DNA of 64,000 nt. It comes from the human T2T-CHM13v2.0 reference genome, Homo sapiens. The stretch is from NCBI RefSeq assembly GCF_009914755.1, contig NC_060948.1; one strand, given 5' to 3'. The position numbers and the translations under genes were made by a program. Within the stretch, counting starts at the first letter, position 1. Each line of letters starts with the position of its first letter. The notes under the pieces are model-generated. The model made no database searches. It was not told the origin of the DNA and was given only the letters and a program-made list of their open reading frames with translations. This document shows, in pieces, positions 39,054-58,411 of the stretch.

Positions 39054-41181
39054 AGATCCATATTTTTTAAATGAAAAAAAATTTCAAAGGTACTCTGCTT
39101 GGTACAATAATCAAATGTATAAACTGAGGAATAAAACATAACCATGAAACCTACTTATAACTGCATATGGAAAATACAGAGGATAATTTTTTAAATAACA
39201 TATTTTGAAAGCCTTAACTAGTAATTTGAAGAGTTGGCATTTGAAAGGCCAGTATGAATATACCTTCAAAGCAGCAACACAGGTTCCCCATGAGAAAAAG
39301 CAAACACAGGGAAAATAAAAACACAAAGGTTCAATCTCTTCTGACCTTTGAAAGACACAGCACAGACAGTGGTCCTTAGGACGAAGAGCAGGAGACCCCT
39401 AATTCCGTCACCATGGTGATAGGGCATAAACATTGCTGGGTGAGGGCACAATCCACATTGTGAGGTCCAACTGCTGCCAGGAAGACAGGAGTGCTTTTAC
39501 ATAGACCGAAAGGTCATTGAAGGCTCAGAGTTTTGTTTCAAGAACTGAATCCCAAGCCCACACGTTATTAGGCTGCGCTTCTTAAAACAAGTTATGAGAT
39601 GGGAAAAAGGGCACCCACAAACATACGTATACATTATGTATATAATAATATACAGTATCATATATATAATATATATAACCTATGTATAATATTGTTTTAC
39701 ATCCTGCATCTTATGTTATATATATTGTATAAAATATAATAATTGATAATATATAAGTTTTATAATTATACAATATGACATATAGTATATATTATAATTT
39801 ATGACATATATAATATATGTTATATGTCATATATAGAATATATTATACGGTTAATATACGTATTAAATATAAATTATACATTATATATATTATATATAAT
39901 ATATCTGTTATATATAATACCCATTATGCATAATATATATATTATGTCTATGTTATATATAGTATAAAACAACATATAATAATATATAATTGTATATATA
40001 AAATGCGACATATAATATATATTATATTTTATAACATATGTAATATATATTATATATTATATATAATACGTTGTATGTATAATACCTATATTAAATATAT
40101 ATTATATGACTATGTTATTAATTACGTGTCACATGTGTTATATATTATATATTTTACATAGAATATACCGGTTACATACAATATATACTATGTTACCTAT
40201 AATGTATAATTTATTACATGTAAAATAAACAATGCAATATATTATGTATAATTTATAATATACAATATGTGGAATGTGATATATATAACATATAATATAT
40301 GATATATGATATACAGTATATGATATATAACATACAATATATGATTCCTAATATATATGGTATACAATATATATTTTATGATATGTATTCTATATGTTTT
40401 ATATTCTGTTATATATAACTATTTGAAATTATATATAACTGTATAATATTTTATGTAAATATGTAATATAATATATATAACTATATAATATATTATATAT
40501 AACTATATATTATGTTATATATACTTTTATAACATAATTTACATAAAATATCATAATATAATATATATTATATTATTTCATATTACATAATATATATTAC
40601 ATATCACCCAATATAACTAACATACATAATATTATAATATAGATTATATTGTGTTATATTAAATATCATATATATCATGTATCATATATTCTATAATATA
40701 TATTACACATTATATAATATGTATGTTGTCTATTATGTGATATATATAACTATATATATAATTATATTTTTATACATATAACTAGATAAACATGTAATTC
40801 TACATATTTTCATTTATAATATGTATAATTATATAATCATATATAATTATTTATATTCTATAAAAAATTTTATCATTATATAAATTATAATATATAAAAA
40901 TTATAATATGTACTACAAATATATATATTATATATCATATATGATATAGTACTATTGTTATATTTCATAATACATATAAATGTGTATTATGTTATCTATA
41001 ATTATATAATTTCATATATAAGATGTATAATATGTATCATAAATTATATATGTTGTGTAATATATATAGTATATATAAGATGACACAGGATAAATATTAT
41101 ATACTATGACATATAAAATATATGAGGTTATATGTTACATATAAGGCATAGCACATAACATGTAATATATATCATATATAA

Positions 41182-41473
41182 TTTTTTTTTAGACAGAATC
41201 TTGTCCTGTTGCACAGGGTGGGGTACAATGGCGCCATCTTTGCTGACTGCAAATTCTGCCTCACGGGTCCAAGCGATTGTCCTCCCTCAGCCTCCCAGGT
41301 AGCTGGGACTACACCACACTGGGACTACACCAGCTGCCACCATGCCTAGCTAATTTTTTGGATTTTTAGTAGTGACAGCGTTTCACTGTATTGGCCAGGA
41401 TGGTCTTGATCTCTTCACCTTGTGATCCCCTTGCCTTGGCCTCCAAATTTGCTGGGATTACAGGCCTGAGCCA
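41182..41473 (-). mobile_element. Diverged Alu, U18
   Basis: Copy with gctgactgcaaa variant. Confidence 0.95.
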
Positions 41474-43601
41474 AGATCCATATTTTGTTAATGAAAAAAA
41501 ATTTCAAAGGTACTCTGCTTGGTACAATAATCAAATGTATAAACTGAGGAATAAAACATAACCATGAAACCTACTTATAACTGCATATGGAAAATACAGA
41601 GGATAATTTTTTAAATAACATATTTTGAAAGCCTTAACTAGTAATTTGAAGAGTTGGCATTTGAAAGGCCAGTATGAATATACCTTCAAAGCAGCAACAC
41701 AGGTTCCCCATGAGAAAAAGCAAACACAGGGAAAATAAAAACACAAAGGTTCAATCTCTTCTGACCTTTGAAAGACACAGCACAGACAGTGGTCCTTAGG
41801 ACGAAGAGCAGGAGACCCCTAATTCCGTCACCATGGCGATAGGGCATAAACATTGCTGGGTGAGGGCACAATCCACATTGTGAGGTCCAACTGCTGCCAG
41901 GAAGACAGGAGTGCTTTTACATAGACCGAAAGGTCATTGAAGGCTCAGAGTTTTGTTTCAAGAACTGAATCCCAAGCCCACACGTTATTAGGCTGCGCTT
42001 CTTAAAACAAGTTATGAGATGGGAAAAAGGGCACCCACAAACATACGTATACATTATGTATATAATAATATACAGTATCATATATATAATATATATAACC
42101 TATGTATAATATTGTTTTACATCCTGCATCTAATGTTATATATATTGTATAAAATATAATAATTGATAATATATAAGTTTTATAATTATACAATATGACA
42201 TATAGTATATATTATAATTTATGACATATATAATATATGTTATATGTCATATATAGAATATATTATACGGTTAATATACGTATTAAATATAAATTATACA
42301 TTATATATATTATATATAATATATCTGTTATATATAATACCCATTATGCATAATATATATATTATGTCTATGTTATATATAGCATAAAACAACATATAAT
42401 AATATATAATTGTATATATAAAATGCGACATATAATATATATTATATTTTATTACATATGTAATATATATTATATATTATATATAATACGTTGTATGTAT
42501 AATACCTATATTAAATATATATTATATGACTATGTTATTAATTACATGTCACATGCGTTATATATTATATATTTTATATAGAATATACCGGTTACATACA
42601 ATATATACTATGTTACCTATAATGTATAATTTATTACATGTAAAATAAAGAATGCAATATATTATGTAAAATTTATAATATACCATATGTGGAATGTGAT
42701 ACATATAACATATAATATATGATATATGATGTACAGTATATGATATATAACATACAATATATGATTCCTAATATATATGGTATACAATATATATTTTATG
42801 ATATGTATTCTATATGTTTTATATTCTGTTATATATAACTATTTGAAATTATATATAACTGTATAATATTTTATGTAAATATGTAATATAATATATATAA
42901 CTATAAAATATATTATATATAACTATATATTATGTTATATATACTTTTATAACATAATTTACATAAAATATCATAATATAATATATATTATATTATTTCA
43001 TATTACATAATATATATTACATATCACCCAATATAACTAACATACATAATATTATAATATAGATTATATTATGTTATATTAAATATCATATATATCATGT
43101 ATCATATATTCTATAATATATATTACACCTTATATAATATATATGTTGTCTATTATGTGATATATATAACTATATATATAATTATATTTTTATACATATA
43201 ACTAGACAAACATGTAATTCTACATATTTTCATTTATAATATGTAGAATTATATAATCATATATAATTATTTATATTCTATAAAAAATTTTATCATTATA
43301 TAAATTATAATATATAAAAATTATAATATGTACTACAAATATATATATTATATATCATATATGATATAGTACCTTTGTTATATATCATAATACATATAAA
43401 TGTGTATTATGTTATCTATAATTATATAATTTCATATATAAGATGTATAATATGTATCATATATTATATATGTTATGTAATATATATAGTATATATAAGA
43501 TGACACAGGATAAATATTATATACTATGACATATAAAATATATGAGGTTATATGTTACATATAAGGCATAGCACATAACATGTAATATATATCATATATA
43601 A

Positions 43602-43893
43602 TTTTTTTTTAGACAGAATCTTGTCCTGTTGCACAGGGTGGGGTACAATGGCGCCATCTTTGCTCACTGCAACTTCTGCCTCATGGGTCCAAGCGATTGT
43701 CCTCCCTCAGCCTCCCAGGTAGCTGGGACTACACCACACTGGGACTACACCAACTGCCACCATGCCTAGCTAATTATTTGGATTTTTAGTAGTGACAGCG
43801 TTTCACTGTATTGGCCAGGATGGTCTTGACCTCTTCACCTTCTGATCCCCTTGCCTTGGCCTCCAAATTTGCTGGGATTACAGGCCTGAGCCA
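43602..43893 (-). mobile_element. Diverged Alu, U19
   Basis: U9-type variants plus caccaactgcc. Confidence 0.95.
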
Positions 43894-45998
43894 AGATCCA
43901 TATTTTTTAAATGAAAAAAAATTTCAAAGGTACTCTGCTTGGTACAATAATCAAATGTATAAACTGAGGAATAAAACATAACCATGAAACCTACTTATAA
44001 CTGCATATGGAAAATACAGAGGATAATTTTTTAAATAACATATTTTGAAAGCCTTAACTAGTAATTTGAAGAGCTGGCATTTGAAAGGCCAGTATGAATA
44101 TACCTTCAAAGCAGCAACACAGGTTCCCCATGAGAAAAAGCAAACACAGGGAAAATAAAACCACAAAGGTTCAATCTCTTCTGACCTTTGAAAGACACAG
44201 CACAGACAGTGGTCCTTAGGACGAAGAGCAGGAGACCCCTAATTCCGTCACCATGGCGATAGGGCATAAACATTGCTGGGTGAGGGCACAATCCACATTG
44301 TGAGGTCCAACTGCTGCCAGGAAGACAGGAGTGCTTTTACATAGACCGAAAGGTCATTGAAGGCTCAGAGTTTTCTTTCAAGAACTGAATCCCAAGCCCA
44401 CACGTTATTAGGCTGCGCTTCTTAAAACAAGTTATGAGATGGGAAAAAGGGCACCCACAAACATACGTATACATTATGTATATAATAATATACAGTATCA
44501 TATATATAATATATATAACCTATGTATAATATTGTTTTACATCCTGCATCTTATGTTATATATATTGTATAAAATATAATAATTGATAATATATAAGTTT
44601 TATAATTATACAATATGACATATAGTATATATTATAATTTATGACATATATAATATATGTTATATGTCATATATAGAATATATTATACGGTTAATATACG
44701 TATTAAATATAAATTATACATTATATATATTATATATAATATATCTGTTATATATAATACCCATTATGCATAATATATATATTATGTCTATGTTATATAT
44801 AGTATAAAACAACATATAATAATATATAATTGTATATATAAAATGCGACATATAATATATATTATATTTTATTACATATGTAATATATATTATATATTAT
44901 ATATAATACGTTGTATGTATAATACCTATATTAAATATATATTATATGACTATGTTATTAATTACATGTCACATGCGTTATATATTATATATTTTACATA
45001 GAATATACCGGTTACATACAATATATACTATGTTACCTATAATGTATAATTTATTACATGTAAAATAAAGAATGCAATATATTATGTAAAATTTATAATA
45101 TACCATATGTGGAATGTGATATATATAACATATAATATATGATATATGATGTACAGTATATGATATATAACATACAATATATGATTCCTAATATATATGG
45201 TATACAATATATATTTTATGTTATGTATTCTATATGTTTTATATTCTGTTATATATAACTATTTGAAATTATATATAACTGTATAATATTTTATGTAAAT
45301 ATGTAATATAATATATATAACTATATAATATATTATATATAACTATATATTATGTTATATATACTTTTATAACATAATTTACATAAAATATCATAATATA
45401 ATATATATTATATTATTTCATATTACATAATATATATTACATATCACCCAATATAACTAACATACATAATATTATAATATAGATTATATTATGTTATATT
45501 AAATATCATATATATCATGTATCATATATTCTATAATATATATTACACCTTATATAATATGTATGTTGTCTATTATGTGATATATATAACTATATATATA
45601 ATTATATTTTTATACATATAACTAGATAAACATGTAATTCTACATATTTCCATTTATAATATGTAGAATTATATAATCATATATAATTATTTATATTCTA
45701 TAAAAAATTTTATCATTATATAAATTATAATATATAAAAATTATAATATGTACTACAAATATATATATTATATATCATATATGATATAGTACCTTTGTTA
45801 TATATCATAATACATATAAATGTGTATTATGTTATCTATAATTATATAATTTCATATATAAGATGTATAATATGTATCATATATTATATATGTTATGTAA
45901 TATATATAGTATATATAAGATGACACAGGATAAATATTATATACTATGACATATAAAATATATGAGGTTATATGTTACATATAAGGCATAGCACATAA

Positions 45999-46313
<315 letters not shown>

Positions 46314-48441
46314 AGATCCATCTTTTTTAAATGAAAAAAAATTTCAAAGGTACTCTGCTTGGTACAATAATCAAATGTATAAACTGAGGAATAAAACATA
46401 ACCATGAAACCTACTTATAACTGCATACGGAAAATACAGAGGATAATTTTTTAAATAACATATTTTGAAAGCCTTAACTAGTAATTTGAAGAGCTGGCAT
46501 TTGAAAGGCCAGTATGAATATACCTTCAAAGCAGCAACACAGGTTCCCCATGAGAAAAAGCAAACACAGGGAAAATAAAACCACAAAGGTTCAATCTCTT
46601 CTGACCTTTGAAAGACACAGCACAGACAGTGGTCCTTAGGACGAAGAGCACGAGACCCCTAATTCCGTCACCATGGCGATAGGGCATAAACATTGCTGGG
46701 TGAGGGCACAATCCACATTGTGAGGTCCAACTGCTGCCAGGAAGACAGGAGTGCTTTTACATAGACCGAAAGGTCATTGAAGGCTCAGAGTTTTGTTTCA
46801 AGAACTGAATCCCAAGCCCACACGTTATTAGGCTGCGCTTCTTAAAACAAGTTATGAGATGGGAAAAAGGGCACCCACAAACATACGTATACATTATGTA
46901 TATAATAATATACAGTATCATATATATAATATATATAACCTATGTATAATATTGTTTTACATCCTGCATCTTATGTTATATATATTGTATAAAATATAAT
47001 AATTGATACTATATAAGTTTTATAATTATACAATATGACATATAGTATATATTATAATTTATGACATATATAATATATGTTATATGTCATATATAGAATA
47101 TATTATACGGTTAATATACGTATTAAATATAAATTATACATTATATATATTATATATAATATATCTGTTATATATAATACCCATTATGCATAATATATAT
47201 ATTATGTCTATGTTATATATAGTATAAAACAACATATAATAATATATTATTGTATATATAAAATGCGACATATAATATATATTATATTTTATAACATATG
47301 TAATATATATTATATATTATATATAATACGTTGTATGTATAATACCTATATTAAATATATATTATATGACTATGTTATTAATTACGTGTCACATGTGTTA
47401 TATATTATATATTTTACATAGAATATACCGGTTACATACAATATATACTATGTTACCTATAATGTATAATTTATTACATGTAAAATAAACAATGCAATAT
47501 ATTATGTATAATTTATAATATACAATATGTGGAATGTGATATATATAACATATAATATATGATATATGATATACAGTATATGATATATAACATACAATAT
47601 ATGATTCCTAATATATATGGTATACAATATATATTTTATGATATGTATTCTATATGTTTTATATTCTGTTATATATAACTATTTGAAATTATATATAACT
47701 GTATAATATTTTATGTAAATATGTAATATAATATATATAACTATATAATATATTATATATAACTATATATTATGTTATATATACTTTTATAACATAATTT
47801 ACATAAAATATCATAATATAATATATATTATATTATTTCATATTACATAATATATATTACATATCACCCAATATAACTAACATACATAATATTATAATAT
47901 AGATTATATTGTGTTATATTAAATATCATATATATCATGTATCATATATTCTATAATATATATTACACATTATATAATATGTATGTTGTCTATTATGTGA
48001 TATATATAACTATATATATAATTATATTTTTATACATATAACTAGATAAACATGTAATTCTACATATTTTCATTTATAATATGTAGAATTATATAATCAT
48101 ATATAATTATTTATATTCTATAAAAAATTTTATCATTATATAAATTATAATATATAAAAATTATAATATGTACTACAAATATATATATTATATATCATAT
48201 ATGATATAGTACTATTGTTATATTTCATAATACATATAAATGTGTATTATGTTATCTATAATTATATAATTTCATATATAAGATGTATAATATGTATCAT
48301 AAATTATATATGTTGTGTAATATATATAGTATATATAAGATGACACAGGATAAATATTATATACTATGACATATAAAATATATGAGGTTATATGTTACAT
48401 ATAAGGCATAGCACATAACATGTAATATATATCATATATAA

Positions 48442-48733
48442 TTTTTTTTTAGACAGAATCTTGTCCTGTTGCACAGGGTGGGGTACAATGGCGCCATCTT
48501 TGCTGACTGCAAATTCTGCCTCACGGGTCCAAGCGATTGTCCTCCCTCAGCCTCCCAGGTAGCTGGGACTACACCACACTGGGACTACACCAGCTGCCAC
48601 CATGCCTAGCTAATTTTTTGGATTTTTAGTAGTGACAGCGTTTCACTGTATTGGCCAGGATGGTCTTGATCTCTTCACCTTGTGATCCCCTTGCCTTGGC
48701 CTCCAAATTTGCTGGGATTACAGGCCTGAGCCA
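48442..48733 (-). mobile_element. Diverged Alu, U21
   Basis: gctgactgcaaa variant. Confidence 0.95.
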
Positions 48734-50838
48734 AGATCCATATTTTTTAAATGAAAAAAAATTTCAAAGGTACTCTGCTTGGTACAATAATCAAATGTAT
48801 AAACTGAGGAATAAAACATAACCATGAAACCTACTTATAACTGCATATGGAAAATACAGAGGATAATTTTTTAAATAACATATTTTGAAAGCCTTAACTA
48901 GTAATTTGAAGAGTTGGCATTTGAAAGGCCAGTATGAATATACCTTCAAAGCAGCAACACAGGTTCCCCATGAGAAAAAGCAAACACAGGGAAAATAAAA
49001 ACACAAAGGTTCAATCTCTTCTGACCTTTGAAAGACACAGCACAGACAGTGGTCCTTAGGACGAAGAGCAGGAGACCCCTAATTCCGTCACCATGGCGAT
49101 AGGGCATAAACATTGCTGGGTGAGGGCACAATCCACATTGTGAGGTCCAACTGCTGCCAGGAAGACAGGAGTGCTTTTACATAGACCGAAAGGTCATTGA
49201 AGGCTCAGAGTTTTGTTTCAAGAACTGAATCCCAAGCCCACACGTTATTAGGCTGCGCTTCTTAAAACAAGTTATGAGATGGGAAAAAGGGCACCCACAA
49301 ACATACGTATACATTATGTATATAATAATATACAGTATCATATATATAATATATATAACCTATGTATAATATTGTTTTACATCCTGCATCTAATGTTATA
49401 TATATTGTATAAAATATAATAATTGATAATATATAAGTTTTATAATTATACAATATGACATATAGTATATATTATAATTTATGACATATATAATATATGT
49501 TATATGTCATATATAGAATATATTATACGGTTAATATACGTATTAAATATAAATTATACATTATATATATTATATATAATATATCTGTTATATATAATAC
49601 CCATTATGCATAATATATATATTATGTCTATGTTATATATAGCATAAAACAACATATAATAATATATAATTGTATATATAAAATGCGACATATAATATAT
49701 ATTATATTTTATTACATATGTAATATATATTATATATTATATATAATACGTTGTATGTATAATACCTATATTAAATATATATTATATGACTATGTTATTA
49801 ATTACATGTCACATGTGTTATATATTATATATTTTATATAGAATATACCGGTTACATACAATATATACTATGTTACCTATAATGTATAATTTATTACATG
49901 TAAAATAAAGAATGCAATATATTATGTAAAATTTATAATATACCATATGTGGAATGTGATACATATAACATATAATATATGATATATGATGTACAGTATA
50001 TGATATATAACATACAATATATGATTCCTAATATATATGGTATACAATATATATTTTATGATATGTATTCTATATGTTTTATATTCTGTTATATATAACT
50101 ATTTGAAATTATATATAACTGTATAATATTTTATGTAAATATGTAATATAATATATATAACTATAAAATATATTATATATAACTATATATTATGTTATAT
50201 ATACTTTTATAACATAATTTACATAAAATATCATAATATAATATATATTATATTATTTCATATTACATAATATATATTACATATCACCCAATATAACTAA
50301 CATACATAATATTATAATATAGATTATATTATGTTATATTAAATATCATATATATCATGTATCATATATTCTATAATATATATTACACCTTATATAATAT
50401 GTATGTTGTCTATTATGTGATATATATAACTATATATATAATTATATTTTTATACATATAACTAGACAAACATGTAATTCTACATATTTTCATTTATAAT
50501 ATGTAGAATTATATAATCATATATAATTATTTATATTCTATAAAAAATTTTATCATTATATAAATTATAATATATAAAAATTATAATATGTACTACAAAT
50601 ATATATATTATATATCATATATGATATAGTACCTTTGTTATATATCATAATACATATAAATGTGTATTATGTTATCTACAATTATATAATTTCATATATA
50701 AGATGTATAATATGTATCATATATTATATATGTTATGTAATATATATAGTATATATAAGATGACACAGGATAAATATTATATACTATGACATATAAAATA
50801 TATGAGGTTATATGTTACATATAAGGCATAGCACATAA

Positions 50839-51153
<315 letters not shown>

Positions 51154-53258
51154 AGATCCATCTTTTTTAAATGAAAAAAAATTTCAAAGGTACTCTGCTT
51201 GGTACAATAATCAAATGTATAAACTGAGGAATAAAACATAACCATGAAACCTACTTATAACTGCATATGGAAAATACAGAGGATAATTTTTTAAATAACA
51301 TATTTTGAAAGCCTTAACTAGTAATTTGAAGAGCTGGCATTTGAAAGGCCAGTATGAATATACCTTCAAAGCAGCAACACAGGTTCCCCATGAGAAAAAG
51401 CAAACACAGGGAAAATAAAACCACAAAGGTTCAATCTCTTCTGACCTTTGAAAGACACAGCACAGACAGTGGTCCTTAGGACGAAGAGCAGGAGACCCCT
51501 AATTCCGTCACCATGGCGATAGGGCATAAACATTGCTGGGTGAGGGCACAATCCACATTGTGAGGTCCAACTGCTGCCAGGAAGACAGGAGTGCTTTTAC
51601 ATAGACCGAAAGGTCATTGAAGGCTCAGAGTTTTCTTTCAAGAACTGAATCCCAAGCCCACACGTTATTAGGCTGCGCTTCTTAAAACAAGTTATGAGAT
51701 GGGAAAAAGGGCACCCACAAACATACGTATACATTATGTATATAATAATATACAGTATCATATATATAATATATATAAACTATGTATAATATTGTTTTAC
51801 ATCCTGCATCTTATGTTATATATATTGTATAAAATATAATAATTGATAATATATAAGTTTTATAATTATACAATATGACATATAGTATATATTATAATTT
51901 ATGACATATATAATATATGTTATATGTCATATATAGAATATATTATACGGTTAATATACGTATTAAATATAAATTATACATTATATATATTATATATAAT
52001 ATATCTGTTATATATAATACCCATTATGCATAATATATATATTATGTCTATGTTATATATAGTATAAAACAACATATAATAATATATAATTGTATATATA
52101 AAATGCGACATATAATATATATTATATTTTATTACATATGTAATATATATTATATATTATATATAATACGTTGTATGTATAATACCTATATTAAATATAT
52201 ATTATATGACTATGTTATTAATTACATGTCACATGCGTTATATATTATATATTTTACATAGAATATACCGGTTACATACAATATATACTATGTTACCTAT
52301 AATGTATAATTTATTACATGTAAAATAAAGAATGCAATATATTATGTAAAATTTATAATATACCATATGTGGAATGTGATATATATAACATATAATATAT
52401 GATATATGATGTACAGTATATGATATATAACATACAATATATGATTCCTAATATATATGGTATACAATATATATTTTATGTTATGTATTCTATATGTTTT
52501 ATATTCTGTTATATATAACTATTTGAAATTATATATAACTGTATAATATTTTATGTAAATATGTAATATAATATATATAACTATATAATATATTATATAT
52601 AACTATATATTATGTTATATATACTTTTATAACATAATTTACATAAAATATCATAATATAATATATATTATATTATTTCATATTACATAATATATATTAC
52701 ATATCACCCAATATAACTAACATACCTAATATTATAATATAGATTATATTATGTTATATTAAATATCATATATATCATGTATCATATATTCTATAATATA
52801 TATTACACCTTATATAATATGTATGTTGTCTATTATGTGATATATATAACTATATATATAATTATATTTTTATACATATAACTAGATAAACATGTAATTC
52901 TACATATTTCCATTTATAATATGTAGAATTATATAATCATATATAATTATTTATATTCTATAAAAAATTTTATCATTATATAAATTATAATATATAAAAA
53001 TTATAATATGTACTACAAATATATATATTATATATCATATATGATATAGTACCTTTGTTATATATCATAATACATATAAATGTGTATTATGTTATCTATA
53101 ATTATATAATTTCATATATAAGATGTATAATATGTATCATATATTATATATGTTATGTAATATATATAGTATATATAAGATGACACAGGATAAATATTAT
53201 ATACTATGACATATAAAATATATGAGGTTATATGTTACATATAAGGCATAGCACATAA

Positions 53259-53573
<315 letters not shown>

Positions 53574-55678
53574 AGATCCATCTTTTTTAAATGAAAAAAA
53601 ATTTCAAAGGTACTCTGCTTGGTACAATAATCAAATGTATAAACTGAGGAATAAAACATAACCATGAAACCTACTTATAACTGCATACGGAAAATACAGA
53701 GGATAATTTTTTAAATAACATATTTTGAAAGCCTTAACTAGTAATTTGAAGAGCTGGCATTTGAAAGGCCAGTATGAATATACCTTCAAAGCAGCAACAC
53801 AGGTTCCCCATGAGAAAAAGCAAACACAGGGAAAATAAAACCACAAAGGTTCAATCTCTTCTGACCTTTGAAAGACACAGCACAGACAGTGGTCCTTAGG
53901 ACGAAGAGCAGGAGACCCCTAATTCCGTCACCATGGCGATAGGGCATAAACATTGCTGGGTGAGGGCACAATCCACATTGTGAGGTCCAACTGCTGCCAG
54001 GAAGACAGGAGTGCTTTTACATAGACCGAAAGGTCATTGAAGGCTCAGAGTTTTGTTTCAAGAACTGAATCCCAAGCCCACACGTTATTAGGCTGCGCTT
54101 CTTAAAACAAGTTATGAGATGGGAAAAAGGGCACCCACAAACATACGTATACATTATGTATATAATAATATACAGTATCATATATATAATATATATAACC
54201 TATGTATAATATTGTTTTACATCCTGCATCTTATGTTATATATATTGTATAAAATATAATAATTGATAATATATAAGTTTTATAATTATACAATATGACA
54301 TATAGTATATATTATAATTTATGACATATATAATATATGTTATATGTCATATATAGAATATATTATACGGTTAATATACGTATTAAATATAAATTATACA
54401 TTATATATATTATATATAATATATCTGTTATATATAATACCCATTATGCATAATATATATATTATGTCTATGTTATATATAGTATAAAACAACATATAAT
54501 AATATATAATTGTATATATAAAATGCGACATATAATATATATTATATTTTATAACATATGTAATATATATTATATATTATATATAATACGTTGTATGTAT
54601 AATACCTATATTAAATATATATTATATGACTATGTTATTAATTACGTGTCACATGTGTTATATATTATATATTTTACATAGAATATACCGGTTACATACA
54701 ATATATACTATGTTACCTATAATGTATAATTTATTACATGTAAAATAAACAATGCAATATATTATGTATAATTTATAATATACAATATGTGGAATGTGAT
54801 ATATATAACATATAATATATGATATATGATATACAGTATATGATATATAACATACAATATATGATTCCTAATATATATGGTATACAATATATATTTTATG
54901 ATATGTATTCTATATGTTTTATATTCTGTTATATATAACTATTTGAAATTATATATAACTGTATAATATTTTATGTAAATATGTAATATAATATATATAA
55001 CTATATAATATATTATATATAACTATATATTATGTTATATATACTTTTATAACATAATTTACATAAAATATCATAATATAATATATATTATATTATTTCA
55101 TATTACATAATATATATTACATATCACCCAATATAACTAACATACATAATATTATAATATAGATTATATTATGTTATATTAAATATCATATATATCATGT
55201 ATCATATATTCTATAATATATATTACACATTATATAATATGTATGTTGTCTATTATGTGATATATATAACTATATATATAATTATATTTTTATACATATA
55301 ACTAGATAAACATGTAATTCAACATATTTTCATTTATAATATGTAGAATTATAAAATCATATATAATTATTTATATTCTATAAAAAATTTTATCATTATA
55401 TAAATTATAATATATAAAAATTATAATATGTACTACAAATATATATATTATATATCATATATGATATAGTACCTTTGTTATATTTCATAATACATATAAA
55501 TGTGTATTATGTTATCTATAATTATATAATTTCATATATAAGATGTATAATGTGTATCATATATTATATATGTTATGTAATATATATAGTATATATAAGA
55601 TGACACAGGATAAATATTATATACTATGACATATAAAATATATGAGGTTATATGTTACATATAAGGCATAGCACATAA

Positions 55679-55993
<315 letters not shown>

Positions 55994-58096
55994 AGATCCA
56001 TATTTTTTAAATGAAAAAAAATTTCAAAGGTACTCTGCTTGGTACAATAATCAAATGTATAAACTGAGGAATAAAACATAACCATGAAACCTACTTATAA
56101 CTGCATATGGAAAATACAGAGGATAATTTTTTAAATAACATATTTTGAAAGCCTTAACTAGTAATTTGAAGAGTTGGCATTTGAAAGGCCAGTATGAATA
56201 TACCTTCAAAGCAGCAACACAGGTTCCCCATGAGAAAAAGCAAACACAGGGAAAATAAAAACACAAAGGTTCAATCTCTTCTGACCTTTGAAAGACACAG
56301 CACAGACAGTGGTCCTTAGGACGAAGAGCAGGAGACCCCTAATTCCGTCACCATGGCGATAGGGCATAAACATTGCTGGGTGAGGGCACAATCCACATTG
56401 TGAGGTCCAACTGCTGCCAGGAAGACAGGAGTGCTTTTACATAGACCGAAAGGTCATTGAAGGCTCAGAGTTTTGTTTCAAGAACTGAATCCCAAGCCCA
56501 CACGTTATTAGGCTGCGCTTCTTAAAACAAGTTATGAGATGGGAAAAAGGGCACCCACAAACATACGTATACATTATGTATATAATAATATACAGTATCA
56601 TATATATAATATATATAACCTATGTATAATATTGTTTTACATCCTGCATCTTATGTTATATATATTGTATAAAATATAATAGTTGATAATATATAAGTTT
56701 TATAATTATACAATATGACATATAGTATATATTATAATTTATGACATATATAATATATGTTATATGTCATATATAGAATATATTATACGGTTAATATACG
56801 TATTAAATATAAATTATACATTATATATATTATATATAATATATCTGTTATATATAATACCCATTATGCATAATATATATATTATGTCTATGTTATATAT
56901 AGTATAAAACAACATATAATAATATATAATTGTATATATAAAATGCGACATATAATATATATTATATTTTATAACATATGTAATATATATTATATATTAT
57001 ATATAATACGTTGTCTGTATAATACCTATATTAAATATATATTATATGACTATTTTATTAATTACATGTCACATGTGTTATATATTATATATTTTACATA
57101 GAATATACCGGTTACATACAATATATACTATGTTACCTATAATGTATAATTTATTACATGTAAAATAAAGAATGCAATATATTATGTAAAATTTATAATA
57201 TACCATATGTGGAATGTGATATATATAACATATAATATATGATATATGATATACAGTATATGATATATAACATACAATATATGATTCCTAATATATATGG
57301 TATACAATATATATTTTATGATATGTATTCTTTATGTTTTATATTCTGTTATATATAACTATTTGAAATTATATATAACTGTATAATATTTTATGTAAAT
57401 ATGTAATATAATATATATAACTATATAATATATTATATATAACTATATATTATGTTATATATACTTTTATAACATAATTTACATAAAATATCATAATATA
57501 ATATATATTATATTATTTCATATTACATAATATATATTACATATCACCCAATATAACTAACATACATAATATTATAATATAGATTATATTATGTTATATT
57601 AAATATCATATATATCATGTATCATATATTCTATAATATATATTACACATTATATAATATGTATGTTGTCTATTATGTGATATATATAACTATATATAAT
57701 TATATTTTTATACATATAACTAGATAAACATGTAATTCTACATATTTTCGTTTATAATATGTAGAATTATATAATCATATATAATTATTTTTATTCTATA
57801 AAAAATTTTATCATTATATAAATTATAATATATAAAAATTATAATATGTACTACAAATATATATATTATATATCATATATGCTATAGTACCTTTGTTATA
57901 TATCATAATACATATAAATGTGTATTATGTTATCTATAATTATATAATTTCATATATAAGATGTATAATGTGTATCATATATTATATATGTTATGTAATC
58001 TATATAGTATATATAAGATGACACAGGGTAAATATTATATACTATGACATATAAAATATATGAGGTTATATGTTACATATAAGGCATAGCACATAA

Positions 58097-58411
<315 letters not shown>

